A stretch of DNA of 64,000 bases from positions 752,758 through 816,757 of the forward strand of contig JAPDFW010000022.1 in NCBI GenBank assembly GCA_028826165.1. The letters are read 5' to 3'. The translations under genes and the position numbers were made by a program. Below are positions 50,781 through 63,385 of this stretch, piece after piece (the first letter of the stretch is position 1; each line of letters starts with the position of its first letter). This stretch comes from Anaeramoeba ignava BMAN (Eukaryota > Protista > Anaeramoebae). The notes below the pieces were generated by a model. It searched no databases. It saw only the letters and a program-made list of their open reading frames with translations, and had not been told where the DNA came from.

Positions 50781-53192
50781 ATGGAACCAATTGTTTTAAC
50801 AATAAGTCCAGATCAAGAACCAACAGAAATGGAAAGTCTTTGTATGAATTGTATGAAGCAAGGAAAAACGCGAATTCTTTTAACAAGCATTCCATATTTT
50901 CGAGAAATTGTGATTTTTTCATTTAATTGTGAACATTGTGGATTTGTTTCAAATGAAGTTCAATTTGCAGGAAAATATGAAGAAAAAGGTTGTAAAATAA
51001 CTTTGAATGTGAATGATGTTAAAGATTTAAACCGTCAAATTATTAAAAGTGATTTTGCTTCAATCAAAATTCCCGAACTTGATTTTGAAATTCCTGAACA
51101 AACTCAAAAAGGTTCAATTAATACAATTCAAGGTGTTTTGAAATTGGCTTATTTGGGTCTTAAACAATATTATAAACAAAATGAGTTATCTTCCCCTGAT
51201 GTTGCTGAAAAAATTCGTCTTTTTGCTGAGAAATTAAAATCTTGTTCTGACGGAAAACAACCATTTACTCTTATTTTAGATGATATTTCTGGAAATTCTT
51301 ATATTGAGAATTTGTAAATAATACAATTTAATTATTTTATTATTTATTTTATTATTTATTTTAATATTTATTTTAATATTTAATTTTAATATTTATTTTA
51401 ATATTTAATTTTAATATTTATTTTATTATTTATTTTAATATTAATTTAATATTTATTTTAATATTTAATTTTAATATTTATTTTAATATTTATTTTAATA
51501 TTTATTTTAATATTTATTTTAATATTTATTTTAATATTTATTTTAATATTTATTTTAATATTTATTTTAATATTTATTTTAATATTTATTTTAATATTTA
51601 TTTTAATATTTATTTTAATATTTATTTTAATATTTATTTTAATATTTATTTTAATATTTATTTTTAATATTTATTTTAATATTTATTTTAATATTTATTT
51701 TAATTTATTTTAATATTTATTTTAATATTTATTTTAATATTTATTTTAATATTTAATTTAATATTTATTTTAATATTTATTTTAATATTTATTTTAATAT
51801 TTATTTTAATATTTATTTTAATATTTATTTTAATATTTATTTTAATATTTATTTTAATATTTATATTTTTATATTAATATTTATTTTAATATTTATTTTA
51901 ATATTTATTTTAATATTTATTCCAATATTTATTTTAATATTTATATTAATATTTATTTTAATATTTATTTTAATATTTAATTTAATATTTATTTCAATAT
52001 TTATTTTAGAAATGCTCCAAAAGAAGATCCTAAAATGAAAAGTGAATATTATAAAAGATCAGAAAATCAAGACAATTTATTAGGATTATATTATAAAGAA
52101 GATGAAAAAGAAGATGAAAAAGAAGATGAAAAAGAAGATGAAAAAGAAGATAAAAAAGAAAATGAAAAAGAAATTGAAAAAGAAGATAAAAAAGAAGATA
52201 AAAAAGAAATTAAAAAAGAAGATAAAAAAGAAATTAAAAAAGAAATTGAAAAAGAAGATAAAAAAGAAAATGAAAAAGAAATTAAAGAAGAAATTAAAAA
52301 AGAAATTAAAAAAGAAGATAAAAAAGAAATTAAAAAAGAAAATGAAAATGAAAATGAAAATGAAAATGAAAAAGAAAAAGAAAAAGAAAAAGAAAAAGAA
52401 AAAGAAAAAGAAAAAGAAAAAGAAAAAGACAAAAAAAAAGATCAAATTAAAGTCGAAATTAATCCAGATAATAAAGAAACCCTGAAACTTAACTCGAAAG
52501 ATTTCTTCAACAGACCACAAAAATTAATAATGGATAACGAAACACTAGATTTACTTGAAGAACACTTTGATCCAAAATCCGAAAGTATAGCATTTCCAAC
52601 AAAATGCCCAGATTGTAACGCAAATGGAGAATCACGGACATTACTAACACAGATCCCGCATTTCAAAGATGTACTTATCATCTCATTCGTATGCGCAAAT
52701 TGCGGGTATCGTAGTAATGATATTAAAGCAGGAGGGGAAATAAGTGAAAAAGGAGCACGAACCATTTTATATTTGACACAACAAGAAGATTTAAATAGAG
52801 ACATTTTGAAGTCAGAAACTGCTGGGATTAAGATTCCAGAAATTGACCTTGAAGTTGTACCTGGAAGTCTTGGTGGGAGATTCACTACTATTGAGGGTAT
52901 GATCCAGGAAATTCATGATCAACTTTTTAAATTCAATCCTTTTCTTATTGGTGATTCTGCTCAAGAAGATGAAAAACAAAAATTTACTCGCTTTCTTAAT
53001 AAGCTCGATGCTATTATTCATCAGGATTTCCAACCTTTTCATCTTGTTCTTGATGATCCTTTGAATAATAGCTTTATTTCTTCCCCTTATTCTCCTGATC
53101 CAGATCCAAATATGGTTATTGAAGAATATACAAGAACTGAAAAACAAGATGAAGAATTGGGTTTAAAAGATATGAAAACTGAAAATTATTGA
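50781..53192 (+). CDS. ZPR1: Zinc finger protein ZPR1; exons 50781-51313, 52010-53192
   Basis: Two Zpr1 modules: ESLCMNC..IPYFREIVIFSFNCEHCG and CPDC..IPHFKDVLIISFVCANCGYRSNDIK; C-terminus LGLKDMKTENY; E/K-rich linker. Confidence 0.95.
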
Positions 53193-53503
53193 TTGATTTT
53201 TTAAATTGGATTTTATTGATTTTATTGATTTTTAAATTGGATTTTATTGATTTTTAAATTGGATTTTATTGATTTTTTTGATTGAATTTTATTGATTGAT
53301 TTGATTGATTTGATTGGATTTTATTGATTTTTTAAATTGGATTTTTTTCATTTCAGTTTTCACTTCAAATATTTAGATTTAAATTAAATAAAATAGAACA
53401 AATTTTTTCTCCTTTTTTATTTTATTTTATTTTTTTTTCATTTTTTTTTTCATTTTTTTTTTTCCTCTTTTATTCTCGTTTTCTTTTATTTTTTTTTTAA
53501 AAA

Positions 53504-56500
53504 ATGCAATTTGAAGGTTTTTTTTGGAAAAGAGGTCAAATTCATTTTACTTGGAAAAGAAGATTTTTTGTATTAAAACAAAAAACGTTATTTTATTATA
53601 CAACAAAAAATGTAAATTTAAATATTTTCTTAATTCTTTTTATTATTCAATAATTGATACTTTTTAATTCCAATTCGAATATATAATTTCTTTCTTAAAA
53701 TTTAAATTGATTTCCAATCCCCCTTCAATTTTGAATCGATTTTATTTACAAATGGAAAATTATTTATAAAATTAATTATAAAATTATTTATAAAATTATT
53801 TATAAAATTATTTATAAAATTATTTATAAAATTATTTATAAAATTAATTATAAAATTATTTATAAAATTAAATATAAAATTATTTATAAAATTATTTATA
53901 AAATTAAATATAAAATTAAATATAAAATTATTTATAAAATTATTTATAAAATTATTTATAAAATTATTTATAAAATTATTTATTAAATTATTTATAAAAT
54001 TATTTATAAAATTATTTATAAAATTATTTATAAAATTATTTATAAAATTAATTATAAATTTATTTTATAAAATTATTTATAAAATTATTTATAAAATTAA
54101 ATATAAAATTATTTATAAAATTATTTATAAAATTATTTATTAAATTATTTATAAAATTATTTATAAAATTAAATATAAAATTAAATTATAAAATTAAATA
54201 TAAAATTATTTATAAAATTATTTATAAAATTATTTATAAAATTATTTATAAATTTATTTATAAAATTAATTATAAAATTAAATATAAAATTATTTATAAA
54301 ATTATTTATAAAATTAAATATAAAATTATTTATAAAATTATTTATAAAATTATTTATAAAATTATTAATAAAATTAATTATAAAATTATTTATAAATTAA
54401 ATATAAAATTAAATATAAAATTATTTATAAAATTATTTATAAAATTATTTATAAAATTATTTATAAAATTATTTATAAAATTATTTATAAAATTATTTAT
54501 AAAATTATTAATAAAATTATTTATAAAATTATTTATAAAATTATTTATAAAATTATTTATAAAATTATTTATAAAATTATTTATAAAATTATTAATAAAA
54601 TTATTTATAAAATTAAATATAAAATTATTTATAAAATTATTTATAAAATTATTTATAAAATTATTTATAAAATTAAACTTTATAAAATTATTTATAAAAT
54701 TATTTATAAAATTAAATATAAAATTATTTATAAAATTAAATATAAAATTAAATATAAAATTATTTATAAAAATTAAATATAAAATTATTTATAAAATTAT
54801 TTATAAAATTATTTATAAAATTATTTATAAAATTATTTATAAAATTATTTATAAAATTAAATATAAAATTATTTATAAAATTATTTATAAAATTATTTAT
54901 AAAATTATTTATAAAATTAAATATAAAATTAAATATAAAATTATTTATAAAATTATTTATAAAATTATTTATAAAATTATTTATAAAATTATTTATAAAA
55001 TTATTTATAAAATTATTTATAAAATTATTTATAAAATTATTTATAAAATTATTTATAAAATTATTTATAAAATTATTTATAAAATTAAATATAAAATTAA
55101 TTATAAAATTAATTATAAAATTATTTATAAAATTATTTATAAAATTAAATATAAAATTAATTATAAAATTAAATATAAAATTAAATATAAAATTATTTAT
55201 AAAATTATTTATAAAATTATTTATAAAAATTATAAAATAAAATTAAATATAAAATTATTTATAAAATTATTTATAAAATTATTTATAAAATTATTTATAA
55301 AATTATTTATAAAATTATATATAAATTTATTTATAAAATTATTTATAAAATTATTTATAAAATTATTTATAAAATTATTTATAAAATTATTTATAAAATT
55401 ATTTATAAAATTATTTATAAAATTATTTATAAAATTATTTATAAAATTAAATATTAAAATTATTTATAAAATTATTTATAAAATTATTTATTTATAAAAT
55501 TATTTATAAAATTAAATATAAAATTATTTATTAAATTATTTATAAAATTATTTATAAAATTATTTATAAAATTATTTATAAAATTATTTATTAAATTATT
55601 TATAAAATTATTTATAAAATTATTTATAAAATTATTTATAAAATTATTTATAAAATTAAATATAAAATTAAATATAAAATTATTTATAAAATTAAATATA
55701 AAATTATTTATAAAATTATATATAAAATTAAATATAAAATTATTTATAAAATTATTTATAAAATTATTTATAAAATTAAATATAAAATTATTTATTAAAT
55801 TAAATATAAAATTAAATATAAAATAAACTCTTTTTAGGGAACTCAAAAAGGAAAAATTAATTTAAATTATACAGACAAAGTTGGAATTATGAAATCAGTT
55901 GAAACACAAGATCGAAAATTTCCATTTTATCTTCGAACTGAAAACCGAATACTTTTTTGCGATGCAGAAACAGATGAAGATCGAGAATTATGGATTCAAC
56001 ATATAATTTTATCAATTTTTCAACCAGATTCAACTACAACATTCCCAATTTTCAAGATTCCATGCATTGAAAAAAATCAGAAAATAACATCAAAAAAAGA
56101 ACAACAAATAGCAAGAACACTTGTTATTTGTGGTGTTGATAATTCTATCACTTTGAAACAACTTAAAAATCATTTGGAATCTTTTCTTATTCCAAAATCA
56201 AAATCAAAATCAAAATCAAAATCAAATTCAAAATCAAAATTAAATTCAGATTCAGATTTAAATTCAAATTCAAATTTAAATTCAAAAAATATTCAAATAC
56301 AAAAAAATGAAAAATCAAATGAAAAATCAAATGAAAAATCAAATGAAAAATCCAAAAAAGAAACACCTTTAATAACAAAGATGAAAAAAATTTACATCTC
56401 TAGAAGAAATAGATATTGGGTCGCTGTTGAATGTGCGACACCAAGAAACTCGATTCAGATAAAAGATATAGCAACTTATCATAGTTATTATTTAACTCCT

Positions 56501-57211
56501 AAAAATAAAAAAAGTAGAATCCATTTTTCATGCTTCTATCCTAGATGCAGTTATAGCGACTTTGCAAAATGTTCAACAGACTCTCGACCCTCAAACAATA
56601 TCGACAACTCTTCAGATGTTTATATCCTCATTCCATCAGGAGAAGTGATTAGTTTCTCAATCGAGAAGAATGAGATTTATAACGACACAGAGATTCTTTC
56701 AAAATCAAATATAGGACATTGCAAACTTTTGCGGCAATTTTTCCCCAAAAGTTACAAACCTAAAGAACTAGTTTATAGTGTTGAAAAATGCGGACATTTT
56801 CTTGAGAATTTGGACACGTTTTGTGTCAACCTTCACACACTTTTAACTGGAAAATCAATTAAAATTCAATTGAAAACTAAGATGTCAAAATTTGACATCA
56901 ATAGAATTAAATCAGTGTATGAGCACTCATTAAAAGAGACAGGAAATGAGTCTCAGGCTCAATTCTCCCGCCGTAAAGAGTTCGAGGATTCTTTATTACA
57001 GGCCTGTTATCATCTTCCAAATATTTCTGATATTTTTTCACATTTGGAACCAAATGATTGGGAAATTACTCCAAATCCTCGAATTTTAATCGGTTTCTAT
57101 AATGTTTATGGTGATCATTTAGATGACCAAATTCCTTTCCAATTTAATGATATGGATGCTTTTCTTATTAATTGGAAAGATGATGATCCTTCTTTGATTT
57201 TGGATTTTTAA
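53504..57211 (+). CDS. N-terminal PH-domain protein with an uncharacterised C-terminus; exons 53504-53611, 55838-57211
   Basis: MQFEGFFWKRGQIHFTWKRRFFVLKQKTLFYY|GTQKGKINL..FCDAETDEDRELWIQHI is a PH domain. Confidence 0.85.
53760..55825. repeat. 12-nt satellite (ATAAAATTATTT)n filling the PH-gene intron
   Basis: Visible periodicity. Confidence 0.95.
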
Positions 57212-57340
57212 CTCTGTTCCACTTTTTTTTTTTTTTTTTTTTTGATTCTTTTTTTCTGTTCATTTTTATTTTTTTATTTTGAAAAATTATTTTCTTTTCA
57301 AAATAAAAAAATCATTTTTCTTTTTTCATTTTTTTTTTAA

Positions 57341-59071
57341 ATGTCTTTCTCTCAAAATTCTTTTCAAGAAATTCTTCAAGCAATTCAAAAAAATGATACA
57401 AAAAAACTTGAAATTCTTCTTAAAAAAGATCTTGAAATTCCAGTTTTTATTTCTCAAATTTTTTATAAAAGAAAAATAATAATAATTAAAAATATTTTTT
57501 TTTCTAAACAAACAAACAAACAAAAGTTATTAAAACTTTTTGTTCTTGCAATTCGACTTGGAAATAAAGAAATTGTTCAAATTTTTATTAATAAAGAATT
57601 TGATTTAAATTCTCATGATGTAAAAAGAAAGAAAAGAAAGAAATATAAATTTTCAATTAATATTTCAATTAATATTTTGCATAAAATTTAGGATGTAAAT
57701 TATTTATAATAAAATTCATTTTAAATCAAAAATAATTTAGTTTCTTTTCGTTTTTTAAAAAAAAAGGTTGTAAAAAAATTATTTATTATTTTTGTTTTTA
57801 TAAAAATATCGATCAATTTGATTTATAAATCCCAAATAGAATAAAACACCATTGCATTTTGCATTGGACAATAAAAATGCCAAGGAAGATATTATTAAAT
57901 TATTAATTGATTCAGGAGCAAATGTTAATGCACAAACTGTAGAAAACAAAATTTTAATAATTTGTTTTTTTCAATTTAAAAAAAATTAATCAAAAATCCA
58001 GAATGTAATTAATTAATTCATTCATTGTAAATTCTATTTCAGAAAAGAAACAAAATTTCTTATTAATTCTCATTTTTTTAATAATTTAGAATGTATTTTT
58101 GATTTTTATTAATTTTGATTTAATTAATTAATTAATTAATAATAATAATAAAGTTAATAACTCCTCTTCATTTAGCTTGTCGCAATTCTGTTTCAATTTC
58201 TATTATTAAATTATTGCTATCATCAAATGCTCAAATTAATCAAATTACAGTAAATAAAATTTATATTTTATTCCACTTTTTTTTTGAACAAAAATTAAAA
58301 ATCAAAAAAATATACTTTTTTAGAAAGTAATTTTATTTTGAAAAATAAGGAAAAAGAACTAATCTTTTTAAATCCTCCTATTCATTTTCTTTATTAAATA
58401 ATAAAGGATGTAAATTTTATTTATAATTTTATATTTTTAAAAAACTAAACTTTTCAAAACAAATTTAGAAAAAAACTCCATTACATTTTGTTTGTTTAGC
58501 GAATAATATTTCAAATCCAATTATAGAATTATTACTAAATTCAGGTGCAGATCCAAATATTCAAGATGTTATTATTTATATAATTTTAAATCAACAGAAA
58601 AAACAAAACAAAACAATTATTCATAAAATCTATTTTGAATTAATAGGAAGTATTTTATCTATTATATATTTATTATTTTACTTAGTGTTAATTTGTTTTG
58701 AAAGCAAGTAAATTTATTTTTTTATATAGTTTAAATTTCAAATTTAATCAAAAATTCATTCATTTTTGATTAAATTATAGTTATCAACCCCATTCCATTT
58801 ATATTGCAAAATTAGACCCTCTTTAGATATTTTAAAACTTTTCCTTAAATTTGGTGCAAATTTGAATTTAAAAGATGTAATTTTCAAATAATTTAATTTT
58901 AATTTTAAATTTATATTTTATATTTTAAATTTTAAATTTTATATTTTAGATTGTAAATTGAGTTTTTTTTTTTGCAATATTCTTTGCAAATTTTTAATAT
59001 TTCATTTTTAAAGAATGTAAATCAATAAGATCAAAAAAATGTCAAAAAATTTTTTTTATAATTATTATTCT

Positions 59072-59103
<32 letters not shown>

Positions 59104-61008
59104 ATCTATTTTTTCTGTTGAAATAAAAAGGGAAATACTCCTTTACATATTTCATGTGAAAAAAATGCAGATCCACAATGTATTCTTTTTTTAATAAATT
59201 CTGGAGCAAATATTAATGAAAAAACTGTAAAGAGAAAAATAGGATATTTTTAAAAAAAAACTTCAACTTATAATATTCTTTTTTATTTTATTTTCTTTTA
59301 GATTGTATATTCACATTTAAAAGAAATCCAAAATCTAACAAAATACGATTCATACATTTCATTTTTGTTTTAATAATAAGGATGTAAAATTTTATTATTT
59401 GAGAAAAGAAAAATATTTATGATTTAATGAATTAATTTATTTAGTCTAGAACACCTTTACATTTAGCTTGTGAAAATGATGTTAATCCAGAAATTGTGAA
59501 AGTATTAATTGAAAACGGAGCAGAAGTTAATTGCGAAGATGTAAATTAATTTTTCTTTAAATTCTCTTTCTTTTTGTTTGTTTCTTGTTTTAAACAAAAG
59601 TTCTTTTTAGGCTGTAAAAAAAAAGAAGAGAAAAAAATATAAATAAATAGAATGATTGTTTAATAAAAGAAATGGAATGGGAAAAAAAACATTGTTTTAG
59701 TTTGTAATTTCTTCAATTTTTTTTAACTAATTCTTTCTTTTATTAATCTTAATTTCTATTTTAGTATGTAATTTAAAAATTTAAAAAAATTTTTTCATTC
59801 TTTTAAATGGATTAAAAAAAAATTCCACATTTTGATTAGAAAAAAAATCCTTTGCATCTTGCTTGTAGAAAAGAAGCAAGTACATCAATAATTGCTTTAT
59901 TACTTGATAATGGTGCAAATCTTGAAAATAAGGATGTAAAAATTTTGAAAATAAAAAGAAAGAAACAAAGAAAAATTGAATTTTTTTTTATTAAATAAAT
60001 TAATAGTGGGTTTGATTTAAAAGAAAGAAAGAAAAAAAGAAAGAAAGAAATTTTGACATTTTTTTTACAATAGAAAGTAAAAAAATCAAAAAAAAAAAAT
60101 AATATAAATGGAATGATTTTATTATAAAAAAAAAATTTATTATTTAGGATGTATTTTTATAATATGCAAATTTTTAGAAATTATAATTAAAACAAAGTTC
60201 TCTTTTAACCATTTTGTAATTTAGAAAGTAATTTTATAAAATGGAATAAATTTTTTTTTTCTTCTCAATTTATTTTTGATGATCAAAACAAAACAAAACA
60301 AAAAAATAAACATTTGATGAAAAGGTTCCATTTGATTTAGCAAATGAAAAAACCAAGAAATTTATGATTTGTTATAATAGTTATGCTCAAGATATGAAGA
60401 GATTATCAAAGTTGGATCAAACCTGTGATCTTTACATAAAAAATAACGGAAAAACAATAGGATTTCATAAGTGTATTTTAAATGCAAGATTAAAAAAGAA
60501 AAAATCAATTGAAGAAATTGAAAGATATTTTGAGAAAATGAAAGACTCTGATTTATTACTTTTGAAAAGATATATTTATACAGGGTTTGTTGAAGATCAA
60601 GAAGAATTTGAACGAGTTGAAGATCATTTTAAAAAAATGGGAATTGAGGAAAAAATCAAGAAAAACAATAAAGATCAATTAGTGAAAGATATATCGCAAC
60701 TTTATTATGATCAAGAAAGCAAAGATTTTACAATTTTGATTGAATCAAGTGAAATTAAAGTTCATAAAGCGATATTAATTGCTAGAAGTGAAATTTATAA
60801 AGGAATGTTTTTGAGTGTTAATGATGATTCTAATTCTGTTCATGATTATTCTGGAAAAGGAATTGAATCTTTTAATACTTTTATTAAGTTTTTATATTTT
60901 GATTCAATTGATTCAGATCAAAGTGAAATTTTGATGGATTTGGAAGAACTTTATGATTATTATCAACTTAATGAGAATTCCCTTTTGCGTTTTGAACTTG
61001 ATTTTTGA
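57341..61008 (+). CDS. Ankyrin-repeat + tandem BTB protein (about 537 aa) with about 28 phase-0 introns; main exons 57341-57442, 57527-57619, 57840-57938, 58154-58249, 58469-58567, 58781-58876, 59131-59226, 59445-59540, 59840-59935, 60325-61008, plus 19 3-nt micro-exons
   Basis: Seven 96/99-nt exons each encode one ANK repeat (NKTPLHFA.., LITPLHLAC.., KKTPLHFVC.., LSTPFHLYC.., GNTPLHISC.., SRTPLHLAC.., KKNPLHLAC..) bounded by AG/GT. The last exon VPFDLANEK.. is in frame with ORF 60364-61008 (BTB motif DFTILIESSEIKVHKAILIARS). Confidence 0.9.
57692..60227 (+). other. Array of 19 single-codon micro-exons (AG|NNN|GT)
   Basis: Starts: 57692 GAT, 57767 GTT; 58002 AAT, 58090 AAT; 58324 AAA, 58407 GAT; 58647 GAA, 58705 CAA; 58950 ATT, 59014 AAT; 59302 ATT, 59381 GAT; 59611 GCT, 59701 TTT, 59765 TAT; 60007 TGG, 60074 AAA, 60148 GAT, 60225 AAA. 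Confidence 0.85.
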
Positions 61009-61099
61009 TTTTTGAATTTTATTTTCAACAAGATCTTTTTCAAAATCAAATTAAAATCAAAAATGATTTCCATTTTTCAATTTTAGATTAAATTTGGTT

Positions 61100-63000
61100 T
61101 TAATTTAATTTTAAATTGATTTTAAATTGATTTTAATTTGATTTAAATTGATTTTAAATTGATTTTAAATTGATTTTAATTTGATTTTAAATTTGATTTT
61201 AAATTGATTTTAAATTGATTTTAAATTGATTTTAAATTGATTTAATTTGATTTTAAATTGATTTTAAATTGATTTTAAATTGATTTTAAATTTGATTTAA
61301 ATTTGATTTTAAATTGATTTTAAATTGATTTTAATTTGATTTTAAATTGATTTTAATTTGATTTTAATTTGATTTTAAATTGATTTTAAATTTGATTTTA
61401 AATTGATTTGATTTTAAATTGATTTTAAATTGATTTTAAATTGATTTTAAATTGATTTAAATTGATTTTAAATTGATTTTAAATTGATTTTGATTTGATT
61501 TTAATTTGATTTTAAATTGATTTAAAATTGATTTTAAATTGATTTTAAATTTGATTTTAAATTGATTTTAAATTTGATTTTAAATTGATTTTAAATTTGA
61601 TTTTAAATTGATTTTAAATTGATTTTAAATTGATTTTAATTTGATTTTAAATTTGATTTTAAATTGATTTTAAATTGATTTTAAATTGATTTTAAATTGA
61701 TTTTGATTTGATTTTAATTTGATTTTAAATTGATTTAAAATTGATTTTAAATTGATTTTAAATTTGATTTTAAATTGATTTTAAATTTGATTTAAATTGA
61801 TTTTAAATTGATTTTAAATTGATTTTAATTTGATTTTAAATTTGATTTTAAATTGATGATTTTAAATTGATTTTAAATTGATTTTGATTTGATTTTAAAT
61901 TGATTTTAAATTGATTTTAATTTGATTTTAAATTGATTTTGATTTGATTTTGATTTGATTTTAAATTGATTTTAAATTGATTTTAAATTGATTTTGGTTT
62001 GATTTTAAATTTGATTTTAATTTGATTTTAAATTTGATTTTAGTTAGATTTTAAATTGATTTTAAATTGATTTTAAATTGATTTTAAATTGATTTTGATT
62101 TGATTTTAATTTGATTTTAAATTGATTTAAAATTGATTTTAAATTGATTTTAAATTTGATTTAAATTGATTTTAAATTGATTTTAAATTGATTTTAAATT
62201 GATTTTAATTTGATTTAAATTGATTTTAAATTGATTTTAAATTGATTTTAAATTGATTTTGATTTGATTTTAAATTGATTTTAAATTGATTTTAATTTGA
62301 TTTTAAATTGATTTTGATTTGATTTTGATTTGATTTTAAATTGATTTTAAATTGATTTTAAATTGATTTTAAATTGATTTAAAATTGATTTTAAATTGAT
62401 TTTAAATTTGATTTTAATTTGATTTTAAATTGATTTTAAATTGATTTTAAATTGATTTTAAATTGATTTTAAATTGATTTTAAATTGATTTTAAATTGAT
62501 TTTAATTTGATTTAAATTTGATTTAAATTTGATTTTAATTTGATTTTAATTTGATTTTAATTTGATTTTAATTTGATTTTAATTTGATTTTAATTTGATT
62601 TTGATTTGATTTTGATTTGATTTTAAATTTGATTTTAATTTGATTTTAAATTTGATTTTAGTTAGATTTTAAATTTGATTTTAATTTGATTTTAAATTGA
62701 TTTTAATTTGATTTTAAATTGATTTTAAATTGATTTTAAATTGATTTTAATTTGATTTTAAATTTGATTTTAATTTGATTTTAAATTGATTTTAAATTGA
62801 TTTTAAATTGATTTTAATTTGATTTTAATTTGATTTTAAATTGATTTAAAATTGATTTTAAATTGATTTAAATTTGATTTTAAATTGATTTTAAATTGAT
62901 TTTAAATTGATTTTAAATTGATTTTAAATTTGATTTTAAATTGATTTTAAATTGATTTTGGTTTGATTTTAATTTGATTTTAAATTGATTTTAGTTAGAT
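61100..63000. repeat. 11-nt intergenic satellite (AAATTGATTTT)n
   Basis: Visible periodicity. Confidence 0.95.
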
Positions 63001-63385
63001 TTTATGATTTTTGGAAAATCTGAGTGGAAAAATTTTTTCATTTTCTTTTTTTTTGGTTTTTTTTTTTTTTAAATTAATTTAATTTAATTTGCTATTTTTT
63101 TTGATTTGAATTTTTGTTTTTGATCATTTTCCAAATATTAAAATTTTTTAATCTAATTGTGAATAAAAAAAATAAAAATAAAACAATGATTAATCCTAAT
63201 TATTTTAATAATAATTTAATTGAAAAAAAAATAAATAAAAAAAATTTAATTTTCTCCTTTTTTTTTTCTCTTTTTTTAATTTAATTAAAAATTTTTTTTT
63301 TTTTCATTTTTTCATTTTTTCATCTTTTATTTTTTGTCTTTTTAATTAATTAATTAATATTAATATTAATATTATAAAAAAAAAA

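Noticed and set aside
52086-52520. Poly-F, FS and poly-K ORFs overlapping ZPR1
   Set aside because: Alternative frames of the E/K-rich ZPR1 linker.
59649-59659. Extra micro-exon-like sites (agAATga at 59649, agAAAtt at 60176, agTgt at 58684)
   Set aside because: No GT after the triplet or a frame-breaking length, and the flanking introns would be too short; at most decayed copies.
57620-60324. Reading the ankyrin gene as direct exon-to-exon splicing without micro-exons
   Set aside because: It stays in frame but deletes the hairpin residues in every repeat and leaves the regular AG-NNN-GT units unexplained; not formally excluded without RNA data.
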